Positions 49,148-59,252 of a stretch of 64,000 bases of DNA are shown here, piece by piece. The notes beneath the pieces were generated by a model. It was not told where the DNA came from. It saw only the letters and a program-made list of their open reading frames with translations, and did not search any database. The stretch is from contig BOXR01000001.1 of assembly GCA_019651095.1 (NCBI GenBank), positions 224,405-288,404 on the forward strand, written 5' to 3'. The translations under genes and the position numbers were made by a program. The stretch is from Ectothiorhodospiraceae bacterium (GTDB lineage: Bacteria; Pseudomonadota; Gammaproteobacteria; GCA-002705445; GCA-002716945). Numbering within the stretch: position 1 is the stretch's first letter; each line of letters opens with the position of its first letter.

Positions 49148-49922
49148 CTGTAATCATTCCATCTTTTGGAGATGACGCAACGCCTCTAAGTGTTTTTTCA
49201 ATTCTACCGGCTTCATATGCTTTACTACCTGCTTCAATTGCATGTTTCATTGCGGATGCCATCAATATAGGATTTTTAGCACATGCTATTGCAGTATTCA
49301 TGAGCACTCCATCACATCCAAGTTCCATCGCTATACAAGCATCACTGGCAGTGCCTACTCCCGCGTCAACGATTATTGGAACGTCTGCATTCTCAACTAT
49401 TTCTCTAATATTGAACTCATTTATAATGCCTAATCCTGAGCCTATAGCAGAACCTAATGGCATTATGCATTCACATCCAATTTTTTCTAGTTCTTTCGCA
49501 ACGACAGGATCATCAGTTGTATAAACCATTACTTTAAAACCTTTTTTCACGAGTATTTCTGAAGCTTTGAGTGTCTCCACGACGTTTGGGTAGAGTGTCT
49601 TGCTATCACTTAGCACTTCTAGTTTGACGAGCATTTTCCCAGACAAAAGTTCTGAAGCTAATTCACAAGTTCTTACTGCATCTTCGCTGGTATAGCATCC
49701 AGCTGTGTTTGGTAATATTGTAAACTTCTCAGGTGAAACTACATCAAGTAAGCTAGGTGAGTCCTTATCCTGACCAATGTTTAGTCTTCTGATTGCTACT
49801 GTTACCATTTCACATCCACTTGCTTCTACGGCCTTACCTGTTTCTTCAAAGTCTTTATATTTCCCGGTTCCAAGGATTAGTCTAGATTTGTACTCTTGAT
49901 TATCGATGATTAATTTTTTCAA
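49140..49922 (-). CDS. thiG: thiazole synthase
   Basis: 260 aa. [31 protein letters not shown] block [13 protein letters not shown], and VLMNTAIA. Confidence 0.95.
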   Translation of the reverse strand: MKKLIIDNQEYKSRLILGTGKYKDFEETGKAVEASGCEMVTVAIRRLNIGQDKDSPSLLDVVSPEKFTILPNTAGCYTSEDAVRTCELASELLSGKMLVKLEVLSDSKTLYPNVVETLKASEILVKKGFKVMVYTTDDPVVAKELEKIGCECIMPLGSAIGSGLGIINEFNIREIVENADVPIIVDAGVGTASDACIAMELGCDGVLMNTAIACAKNPILMASAMKHAIEAGSKAYEAGRIEKTLRGVASSPKDGMITDD

Positions 49923-49924
49923 AC

Positions 49925-50125
49925 TTAACCCCCGCCAATGGCAGTTATAATTTCGATTTTGTCTCCCTCTTTTAACTCATGCTTGTAATAACTAGACTTA
50001 GGAATAATTTTTTTATTTATCTCTATAGCGATATATTGTGTGTGAATCTTTTTATCATCTAAAAGTTCTTCAATCGTAATACCATCATGGACTTCATCAG
50101 ATTCATTATTAAGTATAATATTCAT
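49925..50125 (-). CDS. thiS: sulfur carrier protein ThiS
   Basis: 66 aa from MNIILNN, ending in the diagnostic ..ITAIGGG*. Lies immediately upstream of thiG. Confidence 0.88.
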   Translation of the reverse strand: MNIILNNESDEVHDGITIEELLDDKKIHTQYIAIEINKKIIPKSSYYKHELKEGDKIEIITAIGGG

Positions 50126-50174
50126 AAGCAGACCACTATGATAATATAAACACCTGTTCATGGACAGTATTCTA

Positions 50175-50247
50175 GCCGGAATAGCTCAGTTGGTAGAGCA
50201 CCGCATTCGTAACGCGTAGGTCAGTGGTTCGATTCCACTTTCCGGCA
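50175..50247 (+). tRNA. tRNA-Thr (anticodon CGU)
   Basis: Hand-folded cloverleaf. Acceptor GCCGGAA/TTCCGGC, D arm GCTC-AGTTGGTA-GAGC, anticodon loop TTCGTAA, T arm AGTGG-TTCGATT-CCACT, discriminator A. Close to E. coli thrW as I recall it. The anticodon stem has two mismatched end pairs. Confidence 0.85.
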
Positions 50248-50308
50248 AATTTACAAACAGCCATAGAAATAGAAATGATATTAAATTATCATTAGCATTA
50301 GTTACTTT

Positions 50309-51187
50309 ATGGGAAATCATGTGGATAGAAAAGGAATCATTCTGGCAGGAGGAAAAGGGACAAGACTCTACCCATTAACGAAATCTACAAGTAAATGTAT
50401 ACTTCCCGTATATGATAAACCCATGATTTATTATTCTCTGGCTACACTGATGATGTCAGGCATAAGAGATATCCTGGTAATATCGACTCCAGATGATATA
50501 AAAAATTATTCAAATCTCATCGGAGATGGTAAAAATTTTGGAATTAATGTCTCGTATGAAATTCAACCAAGTCCGGATGGTATAGCACAAGCACTTATTA
50601 TTGCCGAAAACTTTTTAACTAACCATCCCTCAGCTCTTATGTTAGCTGATAATATATTTTATGGTGACGGTCTAGAGAGCAAGCTTGTTGAAAGTTCGAT
50701 GAGAGATAGTAGTACTGTTTTTTCATATGAGGTTCATGACCCTGAACGGTTTGGAATATGCGAAATTGATGACAACAATCGCGTGATTAGTTTAGAGGAA
50801 AAGCCTGCGATGCCTAAGTCTAATTTGGCAGTAACCGGATTGTACTTTTACGATTCAGATGCACCACAGATAGCGAAAAATTTAGAGCCATCAGATAGGG
50901 GAGAACTTGAAATTACCGATGTGAATATTGAATACATGAAATCAAATAATCTTTATAGTGAGGTTCTAAATGACAGCTATATGTGGATTGATGCAGGTAC
51001 CCAAGAATCCTTTTTGATGGCAAGCAATTATGTTAAAAGCGTGGAGGATAAAACTGGTATGAAGATTTTATGTCCTGAAGAAATAGCTTTTAAGAAAGGA
51101 TATATATCATCTGATGATTTATGCAAAATAGCTGAGGAATATTCAAACAGTGAGTATGGAAAGTATCTGAAAAAGTTAATTGCTTAA
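50309..51187 (+). CDS. rfbA: glucose-1-phosphate thymidylyltransferase
   Basis: 292 aa. GIILAGGKGTRLYPLT, QPSPDGIAQA, and the RGELEITDVN block. Confidence 0.93.
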   Translation: MGNHVDRKGIILAGGKGTRLYPLTKSTSKCILPVYDKPMIYYSLATLMMSGIRDILVISTPDDIKNYSNLIGDGKNFGINVSYEIQPSPDGIAQALIIAENFLTNHPSALMLADNIFYGDGLESKLVESSMRDSSTVFSYEVHDPERFGICEIDDNNRVISLEEKPAMPKSNLAVTGLYFYDSDAPQIAKNLEPSDRGELEITDVNIEYMKSNNLYSEVLNDSYMWIDAGTQESFLMASNYVKSVEDKTGMKILCPEEIAFKKGYISSDDLCKIAEEYSNSEYGKYLKKLIA

Positions 51188-51237
51188 AAGTACAGCAAAT
51201 CTCTGATCACAAAACATTCTCACTTAATACAAATACT

Positions 51238-51912
51238 CTAAAATTTTATATATTTTTTAAATAGAAGCGGAATCAGACCTAACAAGGTCAGATATATAAC
51301 TAGGTCAATACTGAAAGGGCTTCCTTTGATCAAAAAGTCATTCAATTCTGATCCAATAAGAATAATTATAATAGTTCCAGGTAACATCCCAAGTTGACTT
51401 ATCAAATAAAAAGTTAATGTTTTGATTTTTGTTAAACCAAAAGCAGCATTAATGACAAAGAAAGGAAATATAGGCGACATTCTAAGAGCGAATAGATAAT
51501 ATGCTCCATGTTCATTAACTTCATTATTAATCAAAGAAATTTCATTCGAAAATCTTCTACTTATGTAACCGCTTATTAGATACCTTGAGATTAGCATAGC
51601 TGCAGTTGCCCCGAGTGATGATGCAAAAGATATAAGTATAATGGCGCTGAATAAATCAAATATAAATCCTGACAGTAGACCAAGTATTAGTGCAACTGGA
51701 AGAGATAATGCTGTAAGAACTACATATACAATAAAATACACAAACATAAAAAAAATAGGATTTTGTATATAATAATTCTCTAAGTTCACAATATTATCTA
51801 AAATAGTTTTCTCAAATAATGAATTATTGTAGTAAAAATAAATTACAAGAGCTAAGAGTGCGACAAGATATAAATATTTTTTACTTTTCATATAGTTTAA
51901 TCTTTCTGTCAT
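51238..51912 (-). CDS. TVP38/TMEM64 (DedA-related, SNARE-associated) family membrane protein
   Basis: 224 aa, 5-6 TM, with the family-typical ..LPG...F..G..FG / R..P..P...N.A.G.T block (LRMSPIFPFFVINAAFGLTKI). Confidence 0.65.
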   Translation of the reverse strand: MTERLNYMKSKKYLYLVALLALVIYFYYNNSLFEKTILDNIVNLENYYIQNPIFFMFVYFIVYVVLTALSLPVALILGLLSGFIFDLFSAIILISFASSLGATAAMLISRYLISGYISRRFSNEISLINNEVNEHGAYYLFALRMSPIFPFFVINAAFGLTKIKTLTFYLISQLGMLPGTIIIILIGSELNDFLIKGSPFSIDLVIYLTLLGLIPLLFKKYIKF

Positions 51913-51925
51913 AATAGACTAACTA

Positions 51926-52747
51926 ATGATAAAAAAATATATATCAAGCCAGAGAAAGTTATTTAACAAAGATCTAAAGAAGTTCTTCGATTCCTACAGA
52001 ACATCGAATATTTTGCAAACAGCAATGTGGTATAGCTTAAGTAATGGTGGGAAAAGACTGCGTCCTATCATACTGGCTGAAGTATCTAAAGCACTTGGAC
52101 TAAAGAAGAGTCGATATTTAAACATGATGTTAGCAACAGAGTTAATCCATTGTTATTCTCTAGTGCACGATGACTTACCAAGCATGGATGATGATGACTA
52201 CAGAAGAGGTAAACTATCTACTCACAAAAAATTTAATGAGGCACAGGCAATACTTTCTGGTAATGGCCTTTTAACTTTAGCATTCGAGCTTCTATCAAAA
52301 AAATATGATTCTAAAATATCTCATGAAATTTCAAAAGTGTCTGGTGCTTATGGCTTAGCTGGAGGACAATCAATAGACATCTCACTAGAATCAAAAAAAC
52401 TAAGCTTGAATAAAGTTCTTCATATTCATGAACTGAAAACTGCTAAGTTATTTGAATTTTGTGTATCAGCACCATTTTTAGATTTAGCTGACACAAATAA
52501 GACAAATATTGCAAGGAAATATGGCAATTTATTGGGAAGATCTTTTCAGATTGTCGATGACATAATCGATCAAGACCAAGATGAGGATAATAAAAATATT
52601 CTTAACTACATGAGTAAAGATAATGCATTAGCATTGTGTAATGAATATAAAGTTAAGGCAGACAAATATCTAAACAAACTTTTTCCAAAAAAAGATAATA
52701 AACTACCTGAGATATTTAATTATATCATTGAACAAGCGGACACCTAA
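51926..52747 (+). CDS. ispA: short-chain (E)-polyprenyl diphosphate synthase, FPP-synthase-like
   Basis: 273 aa. FARM LIHCYSLVHDDLPSMDDDDYRRG and SARM FQIVDDIID. The aromatic Tyr five residues before the FARM is as in E. coli IspA (FPP product), unlike CrtE-type GGPP synthases. Confidence 0.8.
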   Translation: MIKKYISSQRKLFNKDLKKFFDSYRTSNILQTAMWYSLSNGGKRLRPIILAEVSKALGLKKSRYLNMMLATELIHCYSLVHDDLPSMDDDDYRRGKLSTHKKFNEAQAILSGNGLLTLAFELLSKKYDSKISHEISKVSGAYGLAGGQSIDISLESKKLSLNKVLHIHELKTAKLFEFCVSAPFLDLADTNKTNIARKYGNLLGRSFQIVDDIIDQDQDEDNKNILNYMSKDNALALCNEYKVKADKYLNKLFPKKDNKLPEIFNYIIEQADT

Positions 52748-53575
52748 TGCCGGTCGCTTTAGTCACAGGAGCATCTGCAGGCATTGGCTTAGAGACAGCC
52801 AAAGGATTAGCTAAGAAAAATTTCGATTTGATTCTTGTTTCAAGAAGTTCAAAAAAGTTGAATGCAATTAAGGATGACCTAGAGACACAGTATTCAATAA
52901 ATTGTGATGTATTTAGCTACGATTTGTCACTAGTAAAATCAAACATCAAGTTTCATGAAGAAGTTGTTAATAAATTTCGTAAGATTGATGTATTGATAAA
53001 TAATGCAGGAGCTATCTTTATGGAAAAAACCATTACAGATGAAGGCTTAGAAAAAACGTTTGCATTAAATCATATGAGCTATTTTGTTCTCTCGAATTTA
53101 TTTATAGAATCTTTCAATTCCATCAAAGTCATAAATGTCAGTTCAGAAGCACATCGAGGAATAAAATTGAACCTAGATGATTTACAAAATAATATAGACT
53201 ACTTCGGATGGCATGCTTATAAAAGGAGCAAACTTGCAAATATCTACCTAACATATGAATTAGCTAAAAAATATGAAAAGAAAGGATATTACTGTTAATT
53301 GCCTCCATCCAGGATTAGTTAATTCAGACTTTGCAAATAATAATTCTTTGAGATATAAAATTATGTCAAGCTTGATTAAATGCTTTGGAATATCAACACG
53401 TGAAGGCGCTTTAACATCTATATATCTTGCTTCAGAAGAAAACTTAGAAAATATATCTGGGCTATATTTTGATAAATGTAAACCTAGAAAGTCATCGAGT
53501 ATTTCCTATAATAATGAGATAGGTAAATTTTTATGGGAATATAGTAACAATATCATGAAAAGCAATAGCAAATGA
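52747..53575 (+). CDS. short-chain dehydrogenase/reductase of the retinol-dehydrogenase-like (RDH11-14/WWOX-like) subgroup; one frameshift near 53285
   Basis: TGASAGIG, NNAG, VSSEAHRG..DDLQ..Y..WHAYKRSKLANI (YxxxK). The shifted continuation reads DITVNCLHPGLVNSDF. Confidence 0.8.
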
Positions 53576-53868
53576 GAATCTTAGTTTTTTTTCTAGTTGT
53601 TTTATTAATTACTGGTTGTCGGGACGCGGTTTCAGGGTCATATGAATTCCCAATGCAAATTAATACATTTAATAAATATAACGATCCTCTTGGGTCATCA
53701 TGTAAACTATATTCATCTGAGACCAGAATGGAGTTTACATCACCGAGTAAAATTAGATATCAAGCTAACTGCGGGCCTATAAACATTATATGTAAAACAG
53801 GAACTCTTGTTGGCGAGTATGGATATATGCCTGAAGCTGAGGAGGCAATAAACCTAATACCATTCTAA
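53572..53868 (+). CDS. hypothetical lipoprotein (possibly longer; a further frame continues to ~54036)
   Basis: Signal/lipobox LLITGC. No family recognised. A second frame, 53845-54036, stays open (..GNKPNTILSTGQGIIFNRIVDTTTPFGMFIRY..), which suggests another indel. Confidence 0.45.
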   Translation: MRILVFFLVVLLITGCRDAVSGSYEFPMQINTFNKYNDPLGSSCKLYSSETRMEFTSPSKIRYQANCGPINIICKTGTLVGEYGYMPEAEEAINLIPF

Positions 53869-54038
53869 GTACTGGGCAGGGAATTATTTTTAACAGAATT
53901 GTTGATACGACAACACCATTTGGTATGTTCATAAGATATACAAATGCATTTGACGATTCAACATGTCTCATACCAAAGAGATCGATATTATCCTTGAGTG
54001 AGGCTTGTGATATTTTTTTATCAATGATAGCTTAAGCT

Positions 54039-54242
54039 ATGACTTTAATCATCGGTACACTTTTCTTCTTCGCTGTAGGCTATTTCGCTTATAACTTTGG
54101 TCAATGCGTCGCCAAATTTTCAAGGCTAAATAAGTTTATAAATCAAAAAATATTTGGCGCAGGCTTTTTAGTATTTTATGTCTATTTTGTTATAACAAAT
54201 CAAGAAAAGATTATAGATGCATTCATGGCTCCTCTCAGATAA
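54039..54242 (+). CDS. small hypothetical membrane protein
   Basis: 67 aa with two predicted TM helices. No family recognised. Confidence 0.3.
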   Translation: MTLIIGTLFFFAVGYFAYNFGQCVAKFSRLNKFINQKIFGAGFLVFYVYFVITNQEKIIDAFMAPLR

Positions 54243-54663
54243 TCTTTAAAAAGCTCAGTACCCAATAAAGCACAAAAGATATCATTCCACCTATTACGAT
54301 CATATTTATGAAAAAGGTTACTAACCGGTATTCTTGAGTTGCTATTTTATCTTCATTGTTTACAAATGACCCTTTAATCCAAGTTCCGTTGTAAACTCTT
54401 CCATCAGCATACGTCCATTGACCTTCACCAACAGGTTTACCATTTTCAAAATTACCAGTATAGATTTTTCCATTTGGAAACGTGTTGATGCCAAAGCCAT
54501 GTGGCTTGTCATACTTCCACTCGCCTTCATAAGACCTATCGTTTCTTGTTCTTAAAATACCTTTTCCGTGCTTTTTACCGTCTTTGAAAGCACCCTGATA
54601 AACATCACCATTTTCAAAAGTTTGTACTCCCTCAAGTTGCTTATCGTCTTTGTATTTAATCAT
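54235..54663 (-). CDS. MORN-repeat protein with C-terminal membrane anchor
   Basis: 142 aa with about five tandem MORN units (YQGAFKDGKKHGKG, YEGEWKYDKPHGFG, YTGNFENGKPVGEG, YNGTWIKG), then a TM helix at the C-terminus. Confidence 0.7.
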   Translation of the reverse strand: MIKYKDDKQLEGVQTFENGDVYQGAFKDGKKHGKGILRTRNDRSYEGEWKYDKPHGFGINTFPNGKIYTGNFENGKPVGEGQWTYADGRVYNGTWIKGSFVNNEDKIATQEYRLVTFFINMIVIGGMISFVLYWVLSFLKII

Positions 54664-54751
54664 GAGTTTTTATTATACATGTATAATTAAAAATCCTTAA
54701 AATCGAAGAGAATCAAGCATTGGTTATTATCACATTTGGCTAAATGTGTAA

Positions 54752-56830
54752 TTAAGCTTTCTCAATTTGAGCAAGTACAGTATAGAAGATTGGGCCATCA
54801 CCCATATCTGTGAGTTCTTGCGAGTTCAATGCGTTTGCATTAAGCCCATTTTTAACCAGCGATCCTCTGTACTGTTTTTGTGTAGAGGCTACTCCTTGAA
54901 GCATTGAATCTCTTGATAATTGCATGAGCATAAGTTTCACCTACATCGTTAAATACTCTACAAAGATCTCCATCTTTAATTTTTCTTTTTTTTGCATCGT
55001 CTGTAGATATTTCAATTGTTGGTCGAGATGCCATATTCCTAAGTCGCTCAACAGGGACGAATGAATTTCCGATAAATTGATGAGTTGCTGGACTTAATAT
55101 TTGAATAGGATATTTCTTTTTGATTTCAGATTTTTTGAACTCTTCTGTATAAGATGGATAAGGACCTAATCCAATTTTTTTTGTATCTTCAGAGTAGATC
55201 TGTATTTTTTTATCTTTAGTAGGCCAACCTTTTTTAAGATAGTTTCGCCTAGGGTTATCTACATCACCTTTTACCCAACCATTTTTTTTAAGTTTTTCAT
55301 AAGTAACACCTTTAAATAGCGGATTATGCTTTGGATCAATCATATTTTTAATCATACTCTCATCTGTCTCTTTGAAGCATTTTTCTTTATAACCCATGTG
55401 CTTTGCTAAATCTCTAAATAGATCTTGATTAGATTTACTCTCACCAAGCGGCTTTATTGCTTGTTGCGTTAGACTAAAATAATAATGACCATATGGTGCG
55501 TGAAGATCTGTGTGCTCAAGTTGAGTGTCAGCAGGTAGAACAACATCTGCGTACATACAACTGTCAGTCCAAAAAGTATCATGTACTACTGTAAATAAAT
55601 CTTTTCTCTGCAAACCTATTCGAACCTGACCGCTGTCAGGGGTACAGTTTGCAACATCTGAATTCCAGACAAATAAATGTTTTATTGGTGGGTCAAGCTT
55701 CTTATCATTTAGAGCTTTACCTATCTGAACCATATTAATTGATCTTGGATTTTTTCCATCAAGGAGATCCGGTCTTTGCAGTTTCTGCAAGTCTACATTC
55801 CACATCTCTTCAATGGATCCAACAAAACAACCTGACTCTTTATATTTCCAAGCACCAGTGATAGCTGGTAGAAGCATTATCGTTCTTGTCATCATGCCTC
55901 CATTTCTATGTCTATTCAGACCATAGTTTGGCCTTATGTAAGTTCTCTTCGCTTTGGCATATTCATGAGCAAGTTTCTTGATATCTTCTTTTTTAATTCC
56001 TGTAATTTTTGCTACTTTGCTAAGATTATATTTAGGAAGCTCTTTTTAATAAAATCTTCATGGCCAGTTGTATGATTTTTAAGGAAGGATTTATCATGCA
56101 AATTATTTTTAACAATTTCATTCATCATACCTAGTGCAAGTGCTGCATCAGTTCCAGGTTTTGGTTGAAGGTGCCAATGACTCATAACACTGGTTCTAGT
56201 TTCTCTAGGATCAATGCAAACAATTTTCGCACCATTTTTTTTAGCTTCCTCTAAAAAAGGAACCATATGAACATGTGTTGAGGCAACGTTAGTGCCCCAC
56301 AAAATAATAAGAGTCGTTTTTAGGACTTCATCAATAGCTGGTCCACAGGCAGCGCCATAAGTATAAATACCAGCTGTGGAGGCTGCCGCAATACAAATTG
56401 TTCTCCCAAGTCTAGATGCACCTACTTTGTTCCAGAACCTCTCTGACATACCCCAGTAACCCAGCATGCCAAGTGTTCCTGAATAAGAGTAGGGCTGAAT
56501 GGAATCACCGCCGTACTTTTCAAGATTAGTTTTGATATTTTTTGAAATCAATTTTAGAGCATAATCCCATGATACTTTTTTAAATTTACCTTTTGATCCC
56601 TTAGGACCAATCCTTACATGAGGATAGAGAACGCGATTTTTATTGTAGACAAGATCAAGGTAGTGATTAACTTTATTACACAGAAAGCCTTTTGTAATTG
56701 GGTGCTTGTCGTTGCCCTTCAATTTGACTGCTTTACCTGATGACTTATCAACAGTAACTACAAGAGAACACGTATCCGGACAATCATGAGGACAGGTTAC
56801 ATTTATATTTTTAAATTTAGGCTGGCGCAT
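54752..56830 (-). CDS. cytoplasmic molybdopterin (bis-MGD) oxidoreductase catalytic subunit, substrate unknown; two frameshifts (~56040, ~54925)
   Basis: N-terminal 4Fe-4S motif CPHDCPDTCS..(27)..C with no Tat signal. The shifted linker reads KELPKYNLSKVAKITGIKKEDIKKLAHEYAKAKRTYIRPNYGLNRHRNGG. C-terminal MGD-binding barrel (..DGDLCRVFNDVGETYAHA / ..NANALNSQELTDMGDGPIFYTVLAQIEKA*). Confidence 0.8.
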
Positions 56831-58451
56831 TGATTTTACTCACTTTTGATAATTTTATAGCACCAGTAGGACACGCCTTTTCACACTCACCGCACCTCAC
56901 ACAAACCTTAGGATCTATATACAATAATCCATGATAGATTCCATGAGACTTTCCAGGATTTAGTTTCTCGAAGGAGACTTCGCCGCTTTTATCGATATTT
57001 TTTGATGAAAGCTCTTTGATGCACTCATTTACAGGTCTCACCAGTAGGCACTCATCGCACAGAACACACAAGTCATTATTAATCTCAAATTGATAGTGAC
57101 ATAAATAACACCTCGATGATTCTTTCTTACTTTCTGATTTGTTATAGCCAAGCTCCACCTCTGAGGTAAATGTTCTTTTTGATAGGTCTCTTAGCCTCAT
57201 ATCTGTAATAGGAATATAATTATCTTTGAGAGATCTTTTTGTTGATACACTGCTCTCTATGGAGTATTTCTCTTCTAGAATATTTCGTCTCATTAAAAAA
57301 TGATCCACGTTCCTAGCGATTTCTTTTGCATGACCAATCGCATTAATCAAAGTTGTTGCCCCGAGCTTGTAATCACCTGCAAAAAAAATATTCTTATTCT
57401 TCGAGGCTATAAATTCTTGTCTTTGACCAATTGCTAAAATTATATGGTCAGTTTTGATTTTAAATTTACTGTTTGGGATATCTTTCAATTTCTCACCTAC
57501 AGTCTCTGTTTTTATTAATTCTAGGTATTTCAGCTTCCCTTTATCGGTAATAAGTTTGTTTGGTCTCGCACGAAATATCATCTTGCCATTTTCATTTACT
57601 AACTCTTCTAATTCTCCGGGAAGTATATCTAAATCACCTTGTTCTCTTCTGTAAAAAGTTTTTACAGATTTCGCGCCTAATCTCAAAGCTGTCCTAGCAC
57701 AATCCATGGAAGTATACCCTCCACCAATGACTATTACGTTCTTGCCAACATATCGATCATTTTTTTCATTAACACGTAACAAGAAATCAAGTCCATCCTC
57801 AACATTTGGGTCATTACTAAACTTCTGATCTAGTTTGTTTGGTTTTAAAGTTCCCATTGCGCATACAACGGCATCAAATTTTTTTGATAGTGATTGTATT
57901 TCAGAGGAAGTATTAATTGATTTATTCAATTCAACTTTTACTCCTAAATCTATAATCTGTTTCACTTCTTTTTCAATTAGTTTCCTTGGTAGACGAAACA
58001 CTGGGATACCTTGATTAAGCATTCCTCCAAGTGATTTATGCCGCTCATATATAGTGACGTTATGACCAAATCTTTTTAGTTCAGCCGCAGAGGCCAATCC
58101 TGCCACCCCGCCACCGATTATGAGGATATTCTTGTTCGTGTTTTTTTGTTTATCTCTAAGTTTTACTTTTTTTGATGATGTGAATTTTCCAGCTGCTCTT
58201 TTTGAAAAACATATTGATACAGGTTCTCCATTATCATGCTCGCCGTGCCTGCAATTATCTTCACAGGGTCTAGAACAGACTCTACCTAGGATCTCAGGAA
58301 AGAAGTTATCGTTGAAGTTAATCTGATACGCTTTATCGAATTCGTTATTATAAATTGCTTCGAGGTAACCGGGTATATCTGTGTCCGCTGGACACGCACT
58401 TCTGCACGGCACACTATCCTTATACCAATGTTTAAGTAGATTTTTCCCCAT
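56817..58451 (-). CDS. GltD-like NAD(P)H-binding flavoprotein with N-terminal Fe-S region and C-terminal 2x[4Fe-4S] ferredoxin domain
   Basis: CRSACPADTDIP and RVCSRPCEDNC (GltD-type clusters). Two dinucleotide folds, IIGGGVAGLA and VIGGGYTSMDCA. C-terminal CVRCGECEKACP. Its stop overlaps the start of the molybdoenzyme gene. Start placed at MGKNLL after an AAGGGG RBS. Confidence 0.8.
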   Translation of the reverse strand: MGKNLLKHWYKDSVPCRSACPADTDIPGYLEAIYNNEFDKAYQINFNDNFFPEILGRVCSRPCEDNCRHGEHDNGEPVSICFSKRAAGKFTSSKKVKLRDKQKNTNKNILIIGGGVAGLASAAELKRFGHNVTIYERHKSLGGMLNQGIPVFRLPRKLIEKEVKQIIDLGVKVELNKSINTSSEIQSLSKKFDAVVCAMGTLKPNKLDQKFSNDPNVEDGLDFLLRVNEKNDRYVGKNVIVIGGGYTSMDCARTALRLGAKSVKTFYRREQGDLDILPGELEELVNENGKMIFRARPNKLITDKGKLKYLELIKTETVGEKLKDIPNSKFKIKTDHIILAIGQRQEFIASKNKNIFFAGDYKLGATTLINAIGHAKEIARNVDHFLMRRNILEEKYSIESSVSTKRSLKDNYIPITDMRLRDLSKRTFTSEVELGYNKSESKKESSRCYLCHYQFEINNDLCVLCDECLLVRPVNECIKELSSKNIDKSGEVSFEKLNPGKSHGIYHGLLYIDPKVCVRCGECEKACPTGAIKLSKVSKINAPA

Positions 58452-58546
58452 TTGAATACCCCTTAACATCAATTTATCAAAAAAATATACACCAAGCCAG
58501 TATTGATACTGCGTCCAAGTGCAGCTACTGCTGAATTTTCACTATA

Positions 58547-58564
58547 TATTAGTAAAAACTAATA
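58547..58564. promoter_or_regulatory. 18-bp palindrome in the divergent intergenic region (candidate operator)
   Basis: TATTAGT-aaaa-ACTAATA lies between the gltD-like/molybdoenzyme operon and the DUF1326 gene. The AT-rich background makes a chance occurrence plausible. Confidence 0.2.
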
Positions 58565-58631
58565 TAATGTTTATGCTATATTTTTCCGATATAAAGTATT
58601 AATATTATTTTAGAATTATTCGGAGATTACT

Positions 58632-59234
58632 ATGAGTTGGAGTTTAGAAGGAACATATGCAGAAAACTGCAATTGCGATGTAATGTGCCCTTGCTTATAC
58701 TTGCAAACACCTACAGAAGGTTTTTGTGAGGCTATGTTGGTATGGGATATCAAGTCAGGACATCTTAATGATGTGAAACTTGATGGTTTAAAAGTGTCTA
58801 TCTGGTTGCATGCACCTGGGCCTCAATTAACTGAGGGCGGATTCAAAATAGCACTTTATATAGATGAAAATGCAACTGATGAGCAAGCAACTGCGCTTGA
58901 AGAACTATATGGCGGCAAACATGGCGGCCATTTAGGAGTAATTGCAAGCTTAGTTGGCGAAGTCATGGGTGTCAAAAGAGCTAAGATTACATGTGATGTC
59001 TCTGGCAACCACAAAACATTAAAAGTTGATGGTGCTGGTGAATGGGATATGGATGCAATTGAAGATGGTAATGGTAACGTTGCTAAATGCGAGTATCATC
59101 CATTAGCTATTAATCCAGGATTTCCTGTTGAGGTCAGCAAAACTAACAAGCAGGCTTATTCTGATTATGGGCAGAATTGGAGTCCGAAACCAGACAGAGT
59201 TGGTTTATCAGGACCTTTCTCATACGCGCCATAA
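58632..59234 (+). CDS. DUF1326 domain-containing protein
   Basis: 200 aa. The N-terminus WSLEGTYAENCNCDVMCPCLY is the characteristic DUF1326 Cys cluster. GGAG RBS. Confidence 0.7.
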   Translation: MSWSLEGTYAENCNCDVMCPCLYLQTPTEGFCEAMLVWDIKSGHLNDVKLDGLKVSIWLHAPGPQLTEGGFKIALYIDENATDEQATALEELYGGKHGGHLGVIASLVGEVMGVKRAKITCDVSGNHKTLKVDGAGEWDMDAIEDGNGNVAKCEYHPLAINPGFPVEVSKTNKQAYSDYGQNWSPKPDRVGLSGPFSYAP

Positions 59235-59252
59235 GATAAAAATATTATCTAT

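Noticed and set aside
50126-50174. Expected a TPP riboswitch upstream of thiS-thiG.
   Set aside because: Only about 50 nt separate thiS from the divergent tRNA gene. That is too short for a THI element, and no CUGAGA-type core is visible.
50320-50328. TGTGGATAG, an 8/9 match to the DnaA box, near the tRNA-Thr / rfbA junction.
   Set aside because: It is a single isolated box inside the first codons of rfbA, 44 kb from dnaA, with no cluster and no AT-rich unwinding element. It is expected by chance.
53786-53971. 61-aa minus-strand ORF between the lipoprotein gene and the small membrane protein gene.
   Set aside because: It overlaps the 3' end of the plus-strand lipoprotein ORF and a plus-strand frame that stays open. 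It has no RBS or motif and is more likely a by-product of an indel in the plus-strand gene.
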